Source of the DNA: Enterobacteria phage GEC-3S
Sequence record: HE978309
Reading direction: 5' to 3' (one strand)
Length of the DNA stretch: 64,000 bases
Made by a program: the position numbers and the translations under genes. The stretch's first letter is position 1; the number at the start of each line of letters is the position of its first letter. Below the pieces are notes generated by a model that worked only from the letters and a program-made list of their open reading frames with translations, did not search any database and was not told where the DNA came from. Positions 54,382-62,461 of this stretch are shown in pieces.

Positions 54382-54621
54382 ATGGTCTATAATATCGTCA
54401 TTGGTGCTTTGTCTAGTTTCGGAATGAAATTATTGTCAAAGTTAATTAGTGAAAAGATGCTCACTAAAATTTTCTTCTATTGCGCTCGTCGTCTTGCGGC
54501 TTATACCAATACGCCAATTGATGATCGTTTTGTGGAAGAACTTTATAAGGAGTTTAATAAAGATCAGTCAGAAGATAGTAACGAGCAAGAGAAACCTAGT
54601 GATAGTCAACTACCTAAATAA
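54382..54621 (+). CDS. small protein with N-terminal hydrophobic helix (79 aa)
   Basis: ORF track; AAGGAGAAACGGCT RBS; sits where gp38 lies in T4 but shows no resemblance. Confidence 0.45.
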   Translation: MVYNIVIGALSSFGMKLLSKLISEKMLTKIFFYCARRLAAYTNTPIDDRFVEELYKEFNKDQSEDSNEQEKPSDSQLPK

Positions 54622-54654
54622 GAGTACACTGTCATAGTTATCTTAGGGCATTAT

Positions 54655-55311
54655 ATGCAAGTTTCTGAAAAAGGGAAAGACTTTGCTATCTCAAATGTCC
54701 TGCGCGCTATTTTCACAACTAAAAGCACGGAGTTGCTCGTACTTCGTGTTTTTGCTGCCGTCGTGTTGTCCATATTGGCATTTGTCGTTTATAGTAAAAA
54801 CGAGTTGTTTGCGCTTTATAAAGAGACTCGTTATGAGACTTATGCTCACATTCTCCAGGTAGAGAAAGACCGCAATTTTGATAATGCAGCACAGGAGCAG
54901 TTACAGATAGTTCATGTGTCGGCTGATGCCGATTTTTCTGCTGTTTTTAGTTTTCGTCCGAAAAACCTAAACTATTTTGTTGATTTGGTGGCATATGAAG
55001 GAAAGTTGCCGCATACAATCGATGAAAAAAATTTAGGCGGATTCCCTATCAATAAAACGAGTGAAGAATATCGTAGGCATCTTTTAGGTAAATCATATTT
55101 TACCGATAAAGATTTCCAGTATATTCCATCAAGAGAAAAGAAATTAGAGAATATCGATATAGGTTTCATGTATTCTTGTCCTATATTCAATCTCGATAAT
55201 GTCTATTCTGGTAGTATCGCCATTTCATGGAAGAATAAACCGGATATTGACATTGAGAATTTAGATACTCTTTGCAATCAATCTGCCAGAATCCTCGGAA
55301 GGATTAGATAA
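54655..55311 (+). CDS. t: holin
   Basis: 218 aa; ETRYETYAHILQVEKDR...LQIVHVSADADFSAVFSFRPKNLNYFVDLVAYEGKLP...SARILGR matches T4 holin T. Confidence 0.9.
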   Translation: MQVSEKGKDFAISNVLRAIFTTKSTELLVLRVFAAVVLSILAFVVYSKNELFALYKETRYETYAHILQVEKDRNFDNAAQEQLQIVHVSADADFSAVFSFRPKNLNYFVDLVAYEGKLPHTIDEKNLGGFPINKTSEEYRRHLLGKSYFTDKDFQYIPSREKKLENIDIGFMYSCPIFNLDNVYSGSIAISWKNKPDIDIENLDTLCNQSARILGRIR

Positions 55312-55315
55312 CTTA

Positions 55316-55347
55316 AAGGGGAAGCCTTTCGGCCTCCCCTTCTTTTT
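55316..55347. terminator. terminator between convergent genes
   Basis: hairpin with UUUC/GAAA loop followed by TTCTTTTTATT. Confidence 0.55.
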
Positions 55348-55594
55348 ATTGGCGCATAGAAGCCCCTGAATCACATTTTGACGCTGTATGATGAAAACAG
55401 GTAGCGTACCAGTCATCGGCTTGTTTGTCTTCGTCAGAAAACGCGTAATTGCGTTGTATGCCGTTTTCTACTTTGACCAGTGCAATAGCTGTTTCTGGAA
55501 GATCAATCAATCGGACAAAATCACCATCTTCCCACTCTACACGAGCAATATCATAGCCCATCTCAAAGTATACAATCGCTTGTTCTAATTTCAT
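55346..55594 (-). CDS. DUF2829-like small protein, candidate Tad2-type anti-defence sponge
   Basis: 82 aa; pattern ...YDIARVEW...DKQADDWY resembles DUF2829/Tad2 as I recall it. Confidence 0.4.
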   Translation of the reverse strand: MKLEQAIVYFEMGYDIARVEWEDGDFVRLIDLPETAIALVKVENGIQRNYAFSDEDKQADDWYATCFHHTASKCDSGASMRQ

Positions 55595-55914
55595 TCTGGA
55601 AACTTCCCGTAAACATTCTCTGCCAGCTTACGTGCATCTTTTACAATATCTTTCATGTAGTGACTATAATTTTTAGCTAGATCAATGATGCAATCAACAA
55701 AGAAGTAATAGCGTCGCAGTGCTACCAGCTCAACATCTTCAAGATGACCATTTTCTCCAATCGCTGAAATATGTTTAAATTCCTTTCGGATCGCATCCAT
55801 CGCTACATTAACTTCTTTTATAATATCTTTCGTATTATATGCACCTCGACTAATCAAAATTTTGGTTAGGTCTTCTGCTTTTTCGTGAAAGTTGTCAATT
55901 TCAAACTCGATCAT
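55591..55914 (-). CDS. hypothetical protein, paralog pair member 1
   Basis: ORF track 55591..55920 starts at GTG; ATG with GAGAGGTGA RBS; C-terminus ...ENVYGKF. Confidence 0.45.
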   Translation of the reverse strand: MIEFEIDNFHEKAEDLTKILISRGAYNTKDIIKEVNVAMDAIRKEFKHISAIGENGHLEDVELVALRRYYFFVDCIIDLAKNYSHYMKDIVKDARKLAENVYGKFPE

Positions 55915-56028
55915 AATCACCTCTCATAATTTCACGCTGTTGTTTCAACATTTTTTCGTGGTTTGCTAATTCTATACCTTGTAATAGCATAACCAGTGCA
56001 ATTTTCAATGATTCATCATCTTTCATAA

Positions 56029-56361
56029 TCAAAATTTACCGAAAATATTCTCTGTCATAATTCTTGCTTCGTCGATTATTTTCGTCATGTTCATGGTGTA
56101 GTTATGATCATTTAATGCCTTAATGACAACGAGCAAGGAATCTAAAAACACTCGATACCGGGTATATTCTACGCTATTTGTGAATACCGATGTTTTCTCT
56201 ACTTTATCGATCAGATAGCCTAAAACCGATAGCGCCTCGTTTACTTCCCTTGTTACTTTATCGGCGCTAAACAACACCGGATAAAGACGCGGTGTGATTA
56301 ACCGCGCTGCCTCTTTCAATTCGGTCGCTTTCCATGATTCATATTTGTCATAGTTAAACAA
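56029..56361 (-). CDS. hypothetical protein, paralog pair member 2
   Basis: 110 aa; C-terminus ...ENIFGKF. Confidence 0.45.
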   Translation of the reverse strand: MFNYDKYESWKATELKEAARLITPRLYPVLFSADKVTREVNEALSVLGYLIDKVEKTSVFTNSVEYTRYRVFLDSLLVVIKALNDHNYTMNMTKIIDEARIMTENIFGKF

Positions 56362-56373
56362 TGTATAATCTCC

Positions 56374-56706
56374 TTACAGATGAAAACCTGTTACAATCAC
56401 CGCATCGATCATACCGCTAGGAATAAACGGTTCGCCCTCTTTTATTTCAACTTTGAATTGATGCCATTTCGCTAATACTTCTTCCGGTACACCCAGCGAT
56501 TCGGCGTCTGCTTTAGTTTCATCCATAATCCAACTAGGCTGCATGAGAGCATAGTTTACATAGTCCATTTCTGGGGTCATGTCATCAATGTTAATATATT
56601 TGCAGTTGACGCGTTTCAGAATTTCAAATTCTTTATTGTCAACCTGTACCATGTATAATTCAGTAGTTTCTGGAATCAGTTCCCACACAATCAGTACATT
56701 TTTCAT
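56374..56706 (-). CDS. hypothetical protein (110 aa)
   Basis: ORF track. Confidence 0.45.
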   Translation of the reverse strand: MKNVLIVWELIPETTELYMVQVDNKEFEILKRVNCKYINIDDMTPEMDYVNYALMQPSWIMDETKADAESLGVPEEVLAKWHQFKVEIKEGEPFIPSGMIDAVIVTGFHL

Positions 56707-56714
56707 AGTTCACC

Positions 56715-57083
56715 TCACTTAACAAAGATTTTCTTTAATGCTTTCAGGATCGTTGCTTCCGGCGCTTCTTCCGGTGGAGGAAGCAATTCTACCACTTCCT
56801 CTTCCAACTCGATATAGTCTACCAGATATTCTACATAGAATGCAAGTGCTTCCATGAAATTAGATGCTACATCCGATTCGCCACACGCGCCCACATGCAT
56901 TGTATAAACATCACTGCGATCAAGTTTGTGGATGCTCCCCAGATAGTTTCGGTTATACCAGACTTCCCACACTTTCAACTTTCCGGTTTTGGTTGCTGTT
57001 TTATAATCGGTTTCGTAATGATGCAATTGACGTTGCAGATCATTGATAATAACACATTTTTCGTAATTGTTTTGAATTTCCAT
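56715..57083 (-). CDS. hypothetical protein (122 aa)
   Basis: ORF track. Confidence 0.45.
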   Translation of the reverse strand: MEIQNNYEKCVIINDLQRQLHHYETDYKTATKTGKLKVWEVWYNRNYLGSIHKLDRSDVYTMHVGACGESDVASNFMEALAFYVEYLVDYIELEEEVVELLPPPEEAPEATILKALKKIFVK

Positions 57084-57093
57084 GATGTAATCC

Positions 57094-57285
57094 TCACTTA
57101 TCGTTAAGAAGTTCTAAAACTTTCTGTCGTACTTTGTCAATATTAGTTGATTCAAAAACTGTACGGTATCCCCAACCTTGACCGTATGATCGCGAGCAAT
57201 CCCCATATCCCCATTGTTCAACCTGATAGTATTCAAGGAATTGGTGCTGCCGAACTATGATACCATCGCGATTAAAAATTACCAT
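57094..57285 (-). CDS. hypothetical protein (63 aa)
   Basis: ORF track. Confidence 0.4.
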   Translation of the reverse strand: MVIFNRDGIIVRQHQFLEYYQVEQWGYGDCSRSYGQGWGYRTVFESTNIDKVRQKVLELLNDK

Positions 57286-57308
57286 AATATAATCCTCACG
57301 TCAACAAC

Positions 57309-57590
57309 TTATTTTCGGTTGTAATTCTGCCACTTTCGGTAATACTGCTTGTAATATTGTTTAATGTTTGGTGGTTCGTCACTATACATGTTATCAACCA
57401 TCATGTCAATAAGACCTTCCGGTGTTTGATAGTTACCCGCTCGAATGAGTTCCTTAATCAAAAGATCTTGTGTCGCTTTATACTTGACAATAACAACTGT
57501 CTTTTCTGCCTTTCCAATTCCGATCCGGTCGTTAGCTCTCATAGCATCCCACCAATCTTTTTTAAACTTCATGTTGTTAAATTTCATCAT
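57309..57590 (-). CDS. hypothetical protein (93 aa)
   Basis: ORF track. Confidence 0.4.
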   Translation of the reverse strand: MMKFNNMKFKKDWWDAMRANDRIGIGKAEKTVVIVKYKATQDLLIKELIRAGNYQTPEGLIDMMVDNMYSDEPPNIKQYYKQYYRKWQNYNRK

Positions 57591-58391
57591 TTAACCCTTC
57601 TTATATTCGCAAACATATTGAGTACCATAATCATAGCTAATGCGACCTTTCTCGATGACTTCAAAGCGGATTTCATCGTTTTCCCCTACCCACATTTTGT
57701 ACTCGTTGAAGTATCCTGCTACATCCGGTTTGCTCATACCAACAACCATATTTTTATATTGTTTGCTGCGTGTCAGATTTGATTTAAACACTTCGCGCTC
57801 ATCAACATATACGAAAGAAGACAATTCACCTTCGGTCATGGTCATTTTCAGCTTGCCGCCCTTGTTGCCATAAGTAGAGTTGCCATACAATGGATCTTTG
57901 CGGCTGTCTGTTTCAATACCATCAATGATTTTCCATGTAAATTTTGCAATGCACTGATAAGTGATAGATCCAGAGATTTTCTCTTCTTTCTTCTGTTCTT
58001 CCACCACTTTTTCTTCCTGTTTCGGCTGTTCTTCTTCAACCTTCACGGAAGTCTCTGAATCGATTTCTGACGCGGTTTCTTCTTTAGGTAATACATTCAT
58101 CAAGTTTTGGATTTGAGCGTTATATACAGCCTCCAGTGGCTGGATCTGCCCGATATTGATCATTGTATCACGAACAGTTTTATTCCAGTTGCGTTGCTCT
58201 TGTTTAAGAGACGGATCAATCTTAACAGCCTTAACATATACTTCATGAAGTTTCGAATCCAGTGCGGAGATTGACTCATTAGCACAAATAAACTTCTCTG
58301 ATTTGGTAGTAGCTTTAGCGCAATCAAAGGACGCAGCATTAGCACCGAAAGCAGTAGCAGAAAGAACGATAGCAGCGATAATGTTTTTCAT
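57591..58391 (-). CDS. secreted protein with DUF1311 (LprI-like) N-terminal domain
   Basis: 266 aa; signal peptide MKNIIAAIVLSATAFGANA; FDCAKATTKSEKFIC...LDSKLHEVY. Confidence 0.5.
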   Translation of the reverse strand: MKNIIAAIVLSATAFGANAASFDCAKATTKSEKFICANESISALDSKLHEVYVKAVKIDPSLKQEQRNWNKTVRDTMINIGQIQPLEAVYNAQIQNLMNVLPKEETASEIDSETSVKVEEEQPKQEEKVVEEQKKEEKISGSITYQCIAKFTWKIIDGIETDSRKDPLYGNSTYGNKGGKLKMTMTEGELSSFVYVDEREVFKSNLTRSKQYKNMVVGMSKPDVAGYFNEYKMWVGENDEIRFEVIEKGRISYDYGTQYVCEYKKG

Positions 58392-58421
58392 AATATATTC
58401 CTCAATGTTTTTCTTGATGGG

Positions 58422-58463
58422 AGTATCTTACTACTCCCTTAATCCGGTGTCAACTACTTTTTA
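58422..58463 (-). promoter_or_regulatory. early promoter cassette (PeSL-like)
   Basis: TTGACA with GGGAGTAGTAAGATACTCCC hairpin. Confidence 0.5.
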
Positions 58464-58673
58464 ATTTTTACCCACTCGTGCATTAATGCGCATTTTCTGC
58501 ATAGCCATGATCTGGTTTACTGCTTCTTCTTTACGTTCTTGCGTGATAACGTGACCAGATTCCGCAAACTCTCCAGCAACTTCTTCTACGATCTCGCGAA
58601 CTTGAGAACGTCCAAAGATGCGGTTTCCTTCGTAGCTCATAAATTCAGTCACTACTTGCTCAATAGATTTCAT
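58461..58673 (-). CDS. hypothetical protein (70 aa)
   Basis: ORF track; GGAGAATCACATG RBS. Confidence 0.5.
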   Translation of the reverse strand: MKSIEQVVTEFMSYEGNRIFGRSQVREIVEEVAGEFAESGHVITQERKEEAVNQIMAMQKMRINARVGKN

Positions 58674-58703
58674 GTGATTCTCCTTCTTTCGTTTCGGTGT
58701 GGT

Positions 58704-58745
58704 AGTATGTTAATACTCCCATTTCTTTACGTCAACCAGTTTTTA
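58704..58745 (-). promoter_or_regulatory. early promoter cassette (PeSL-like)
   Basis: TTGACG then TAACAT-like -10, conserved leader. Confidence 0.45.
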
Positions 58746-58985
58746 GAAATTTTTCGCTTCTTCTTCGGTCATCATCACCGCGCATTCGTGCATAACTTTG
58801 AAAACCGGGTCAATCATATCGAATGCTTCGCGGGACAGTTTACGAGAAGCGATTTTGACTGCTTCAACGTCTTCTACTACAGGAACAAAAACAGTTTTCA
58901 GTTCGTCGAGCATGGCAGCTTCTTTTTCATTCAGGAAGATTCCAGCGTCGTACAATGCAACTTCGATAACATTAACTTTAACCAT
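58743..58985 (-). CDS. hypothetical protein (~80 aa)
   Basis: ORF track 58743..59048; start MVKVNVIE with GGAGGAAATAAAA RBS. Confidence 0.45.
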   Translation of the reverse strand: MVKVNVIEVALYDAGIFLNEKEAAMLDELKTVFVPVVEDVEAVKIASRKLSREAFDMIDPVFKVMHECAVMMTEEEAKNF

Positions 58986-59016
58986 TTTTATTTCCTCCAG
59001 TTCGTTTCGGTATGGG

Positions 59017-59058
59017 AGTATAATACTACCGATGACCTTTGGCGTCAACTAGTTTTTG
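59017..59058 (-). promoter_or_regulatory. early promoter cassette (PeSL-like)
   Basis: TTGACG, 17 nt, TATTAT-like, conserved leader ACTCCCATACCGAAACGAAC. Confidence 0.5.
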
Positions 59059-59249
59059 TTATTTTCGTGAAAATTTTTCGTCGCCTCATGTGCTTTTCTC
59101 TGGGCTTCTTGTTGTGCTTGCTGGCGTGCTGCCTCTTGCGATGTCATAACGGAAGCATTTGCAGCAGTTACAGCCGCGACCATCGCTGCGGTATTAGCAT
59201 TTACAGTACATGCACTAGCCAGCAAAGCAATTGCAATCATTTTCTTCAT
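59049..59249 (-). CDS. small secreted/periplasmic protein (66 aa)
   Basis: signal peptide MKKMIAIALLASACTVNA; Gln/Ala-rich mature part. Confidence 0.45.
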   Translation of the reverse strand: MKKMIAIALLASACTVNANTAAMVAAVTAANASVMTSQEAARQQAQQEAQRKAHEATKNFHENNKN

Positions 59250-59416
59250 AGTTTCCCCTTTAGGTTATCTTCGACCTTCATCCATTCCGCGTATTCTTGC
59301 GCGGCTACTTTCGGATTTAGTCCGTCTTCGTACATTGCTTCAAGTAATTCTTCGTCGGTGGGCTTATACCCTAGATAAGCCTCCACCTGATTTTTCCAAA
59401 TTTTATACCAGTTCAT
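59246..59416 (-). CDS. hypothetical small protein (56 aa)
   Basis: ORF track 59246..59485; start MNWYKIWKNQ with GGTGATAAT RBS. Confidence 0.4.
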   Translation of the reverse strand: MNWYKIWKNQVEAYLGYKPTDEELLEAMYEDGLNPKVAAQEYAEWMKVEDNLKGKL

Positions 59417-59420
59417 ATTA

Positions 59421-59693
59421 TCACCAGTCAAGAGCGCGTGTCTCTGCGTCTTCCCATGCTTGATCCATAACAGCCTTGAAAACATATTCTAAAGTATCAT
59501 CTTTAGAGAATCCGAAGACCTTAGACGGGATATCTTCAATTGCTACTCCCGCAACTTCTGCATTACGCGCTTGGCAATAATGCAACTCTAAGTTATCGAG
59601 ATAGCGACCGCCTAATTTCTCCATATCATCCCAGCATTTCCAGTAACCTACTTTATCTGCAATTGCTAACACTTTGCTGTTTTTGTTGCTCAT
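59421..59693 (-). CDS. hypothetical protein (90 aa)
   Basis: ORF track 59421..59783; start MSNKNSK with AAAAGGAGAATCAAAG RBS. Confidence 0.45.
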   Translation of the reverse strand: MSNKNSKVLAIADKVGYWKCWDDMEKLGGRYLDNLELHYCQARNAEVAGVAIEDIPSKVFGFSKDDTLEYVFKAVMDQAWEDAETRALDW

Positions 59694-59721
59694 CTTTGAT
59701 TCTCCTTTTGTTTGGTATGGG

Positions 59722-59763
59722 TGTATTATGCAATGCTGGATTTGTGAAGTCAACAACTTTTTA
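59722..59763 (-). promoter_or_regulatory. early promoter cassette (PeSL-like)
   Basis: TTGACT, 17 nt, CATAAT, conserved leader ACACCCATACCAAACAAAAGGAGAATCAAAG. Confidence 0.55.
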
Positions 59764-59793
59764 AAATAAAAAAAGCCGACCACAAGGATCGGC
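59764..59793 (-). terminator. rho-independent terminator
   Basis: hairpin AGCCGAUCC-UUGU-GGUCGGCU then UUUUUUUAUUUU. Confidence 0.55.
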
Positions 59794-59804
59794 TTAATAA
59801 TCAG

Positions 59805-60200
59805 TTACTTACTAAATTTCTTTTTGGCTTCGTCTACTGCATGAGATGCCAGTACCGCAGCCGCATGTGCACTTTTATCTGTGTTGCAGAGAACACCCAG
59901 ATAAACATCACGCCAAAGTTTAATCATCTCGTAGATCATATCAATATCATTTTCTTGTTTGTTGGCGATGCTATTCGTCGTTATCTGGTAAGGCAACGGC
60001 TTGATCTGTACTGGTTCCGCCATCGGGCTAATCGGTTTCGGATCAGTCATAATAGGTGCTGTTGTGGGCGGTGTTTTCCATACGCCATTATTCCACGGTT
60101 TAATTGTTGTATCGTAAAGTTTATAAGGGTTTTTGTCTGGGTCAACCATCCATGCATGATGAGTACCCAAACCATTTGAAGTGATGCGTCGTTCAGTCAT
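59805..60200 (-). CDS. hypothetical Pro-rich protein (131 aa)
   Basis: ORF track. Confidence 0.45.
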   Translation of the reverse strand: MTERRITSNGLGTHHAWMVDPDKNPYKLYDTTIKPWNNGVWKTPPTTAPIMTDPKPISPMAEPVQIKPLPYQITTNSIANKQENDIDMIYEMIKLWRDVYLGVLCNTDKSAHAAAVLASHAVDEAKKKFSK

Positions 60201-60215
60201 AATTTATTTCCCCTC

Positions 60216-60407
60216 TTAAAATTCTTTCATCAAGCTATCGATCTTTGCTCTGTGTTCTGGCGTGTTTGTCATCTCTGCTAATTTGCTCAGAGATTCACTG
60301 GTGATCCGGTTGGATTCTTCCAGTGTTTCAACGACCATTGGCACAATCTTTTTATTGTTGTACAGAAATGCAATATAACCGCCTTCTGGATATTCTTTCA
60401 TAATCAA
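60216..60407 (-). CDS. hypothetical protein (63 aa)
   Basis: ORF track; overlaps gene 52 stop. Confidence 0.45.
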   Translation of the reverse strand: MIMKEYPEGGYIAFLYNNKKIVPMVVETLEESNRITSESLSKLAEMTNTPEHRAKIDSLMKEF

Positions 60408-61765
60408 CCCTTCTTAAGTTCTTTAAGATCTTTCTTATATTCCTTCATTGCGGTCGTCTTTGTCCAATACTCATATTCACTATGATGTTTATCGGCATCT
60501 TTGACCAGTCGATCATACTCTTCTTGAGTAACGCTATACAATGGCATAGAAACTAGCTTATCGGCGTATGAACGTAGTTTTTCATGTCCATTGATGGATT
60601 GCATTACCTCGGCCTTTTTCTTGCCCTGTAGCTCGATTTCGCCCTTAATTACGCGATCGATAAATTCGGCTTTAGCCATTGCATAATTGTATGCTTCCAG
60701 CGTTTCCGCTTGCATCAATTCAATGCGTTTATCGACATACCCTAATCGGATTTCGACGAATCGACGGATCAGATCGCTCGCTTTCTCGAATACTTCTACT
60801 AAACCACGTTCGTTAACTACCACGATATTCTGGGCTACTAACTGCGTTAGTTTAAAATCCTTCATGATTTGCTCGTGTCGAGCGGATTCATCTTCGCTTT
60901 TGAAATAATCGCGTTTCAGTGTTACTTCAAATCTGAATCCGTCCTTAGAGCAACGGTCATTATATGAGACAATCAGATCTTTTTCTTCCAGTGCATCCAG
61001 TACCGCTACATATTCTTCACGATCGAACTTATAAGGAACTTCTGATATTGTTAGTTTAGTCTTGCCGTTTAGTTCATATGTACCCTCAAGGATCACCCCA
61101 TCGCGATCATCTCGCGGGATAACTTTACCCGTGAATTTCGGGAATTGAACACTAGGTTCTTTATCCAGTTTTCCGGCAAGTGCTAGCTCTGTGCATTCAA
61201 TGAGGCTTTCCAGTGAATGCGGTAAAATGTCAGTTTTATACCCTGTAGCAATACCACTAATACCATTAGCCAATACCATCGGCACAACTGGCAAGTAGAA
61301 CGCTGGCGGGATGTGTTCCAGATCTTCGTGCTTAGGTGCGCAATTCATATCTTTATAGATTTTAAAGAAGTTTTCATGCACACGAGCAAAAATATAACGT
61401 GCTGCACCTGCTTTCTGGACTAAACGCGATCCGAAGTTACCTTGACCGTCAAGCAGTGGAGTATTATTGCTCCATGTATTCGCCATGAGTGATCCGGCTT
61501 CTACGGCATTAGTTTCGCCGTGGTGATACCCCAACTCAGCAACACCAGATCCAATATCTGCCATCTTACGGAATTTCTTACGGTCGCCTTTACTCTTTTG
61601 CAAAGCACATTCCATAACAAAGCGTTGCACTGGTTTAAGCCCATCCACTAATTGAGGAATCCCGCGTTCCTCGGCAGAATAGATCGCATATTCCTTAGCT
61701 TCATTATGTACAATGCTTTCAAGGCTACGGTAAGTAACTGATTTATTCATCTTCACCTCATACAC
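60404..61765 (-). CDS. 52: gp52 DNA topoisomerase II medium subunit
   Basis: 453 aa; GyrA-like N-terminus LVDGLKPVQRFV, active-site region AARYIFAR. Confidence 0.9.
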   Translation of the reverse strand: MYEVKMNKSVTYRSLESIVHNEAKEYAIYSAEERGIPQLVDGLKPVQRFVMECALQKSKGDRKKFRKMADIGSGVAELGYHHGETNAVEAGSLMANTWSNNTPLLDGQGNFGSRLVQKAGAARYIFARVHENFFKIYKDMNCAPKHEDLEHIPPAFYLPVVPMVLANGISGIATGYKTDILPHSLESLIECTELALAGKLDKEPSVQFPKFTGKVIPRDDRDGVILEGTYELNGKTKLTISEVPYKFDREEYVAVLDALEEKDLIVSYNDRCSKDGFRFEVTLKRDYFKSEDESARHEQIMKDFKLTQLVAQNIVVVNERGLVEVFEKASDLIRRFVEIRLGYVDKRIELMQAETLEAYNYAMAKAEFIDRVIKGEIELQGKKKAEVMQSINGHEKLRSYADKLVSMPLYSVTQEEYDRLVKDADKHHSEYEYWTKTTAMKEYKKDLKELKKG

Positions 61766-62120
61766 GCTTACAAATCACATTCTTTACTTTATCAGATTTA
61801 TCAGCCCAATCCAATAGCCATTTTAACGGAAGGATTGAAACAATAAACGGGGCAGCAATCAAAGCAAACATGATACATCGGATAATCAGGAAAGCGCAAG
61901 TAACAAAGCTAGCGATAGCGATCCCGACAAAACAAAATACCATAGAAAACAGAGTAATGATATAGAAAGGCCAGAATACCCACTCCCGCATCTTAACGCC
62001 TTTGTATTCTCTGAATTGCTTAAAATCTACAAACAACTCTCGGATAGACGCGTACAGGACCGAAAAATCATCTTTCATTGCTCTGAATGAGCAATCTTCT
62101 ATTTTAGAATGACCTAGCAT
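61758..62120 (-). CDS. membrane protein (120 aa)
   Basis: ORF track; two to three hydrophobic helices. Confidence 0.45.
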   Translation of the reverse strand: MLGHSKIEDCSFRAMKDDFSVLYASIRELFVDFKQFREYKGVKMREWVFWPFYIITLFSMVFCFVGIAIASFVTCAFLIIRCIMFALIAAPFIVSILPLKWLLDWADKSDKVKNVICKRV

Positions 62121-62122
62121 TA

Positions 62123-62416
62123 TTAACCGCCTTTCATCATTGATACTGGAATTGTTTTCTGATTTGTGTATAATTGGCCTACTTCAATTTTTTCTTGAAT
62201 CACCACGACGTTACAATATCCACTGTCTTTAAGTTTTCTGATAATAACTCGCTTTTGTTCGTCGGTGATAGGATTGACTGTTCTCACCAATTCACCACAA
62301 ATAATAGCACCATCTTTACAATTACCAGTAACTTTCATGCTACGACCGTGAACAACAACCACATCACCGCAAATCACATTTTCGTCGTCGTATTTGGTAA
62401 TAACCGTGACCGTCAT
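62123..62416 (-). CDS. hypothetical protein (97 aa)
   Basis: ORF track. Confidence 0.4.
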   Translation of the reverse strand: MTVTVITKYDDENVICGDVVVVHGRSMKVTGNCKDGAIICGELVRTVNPITDEQKRVIIRKLKDSGYCNVVVIQEKIEVGQLYTNQKTIPVSMMKGG

Positions 62417-62461
62417 AATGTATTCCCTCTAAGAAAGGCCGCGCAAAGCGGCCTATGTTGA

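Noticed and set aside
54382-54621. Small ORF between gene 37 and the holin, considered as a gp38 adhesin/chaperone homolog
   Set aside because: Only 79 aa, with a hydrophobic N-terminus and acidic tail; no resemblance to gp38 and gp37 carries its own C-terminal chaperone-like domain
55346-57590. Looked for asiA, arn and motA at their T4 positions next to the holin
   Set aside because: None of the ORFs resembles them from what I can recall of those proteins; absence from the genome cannot be concluded from this window alone
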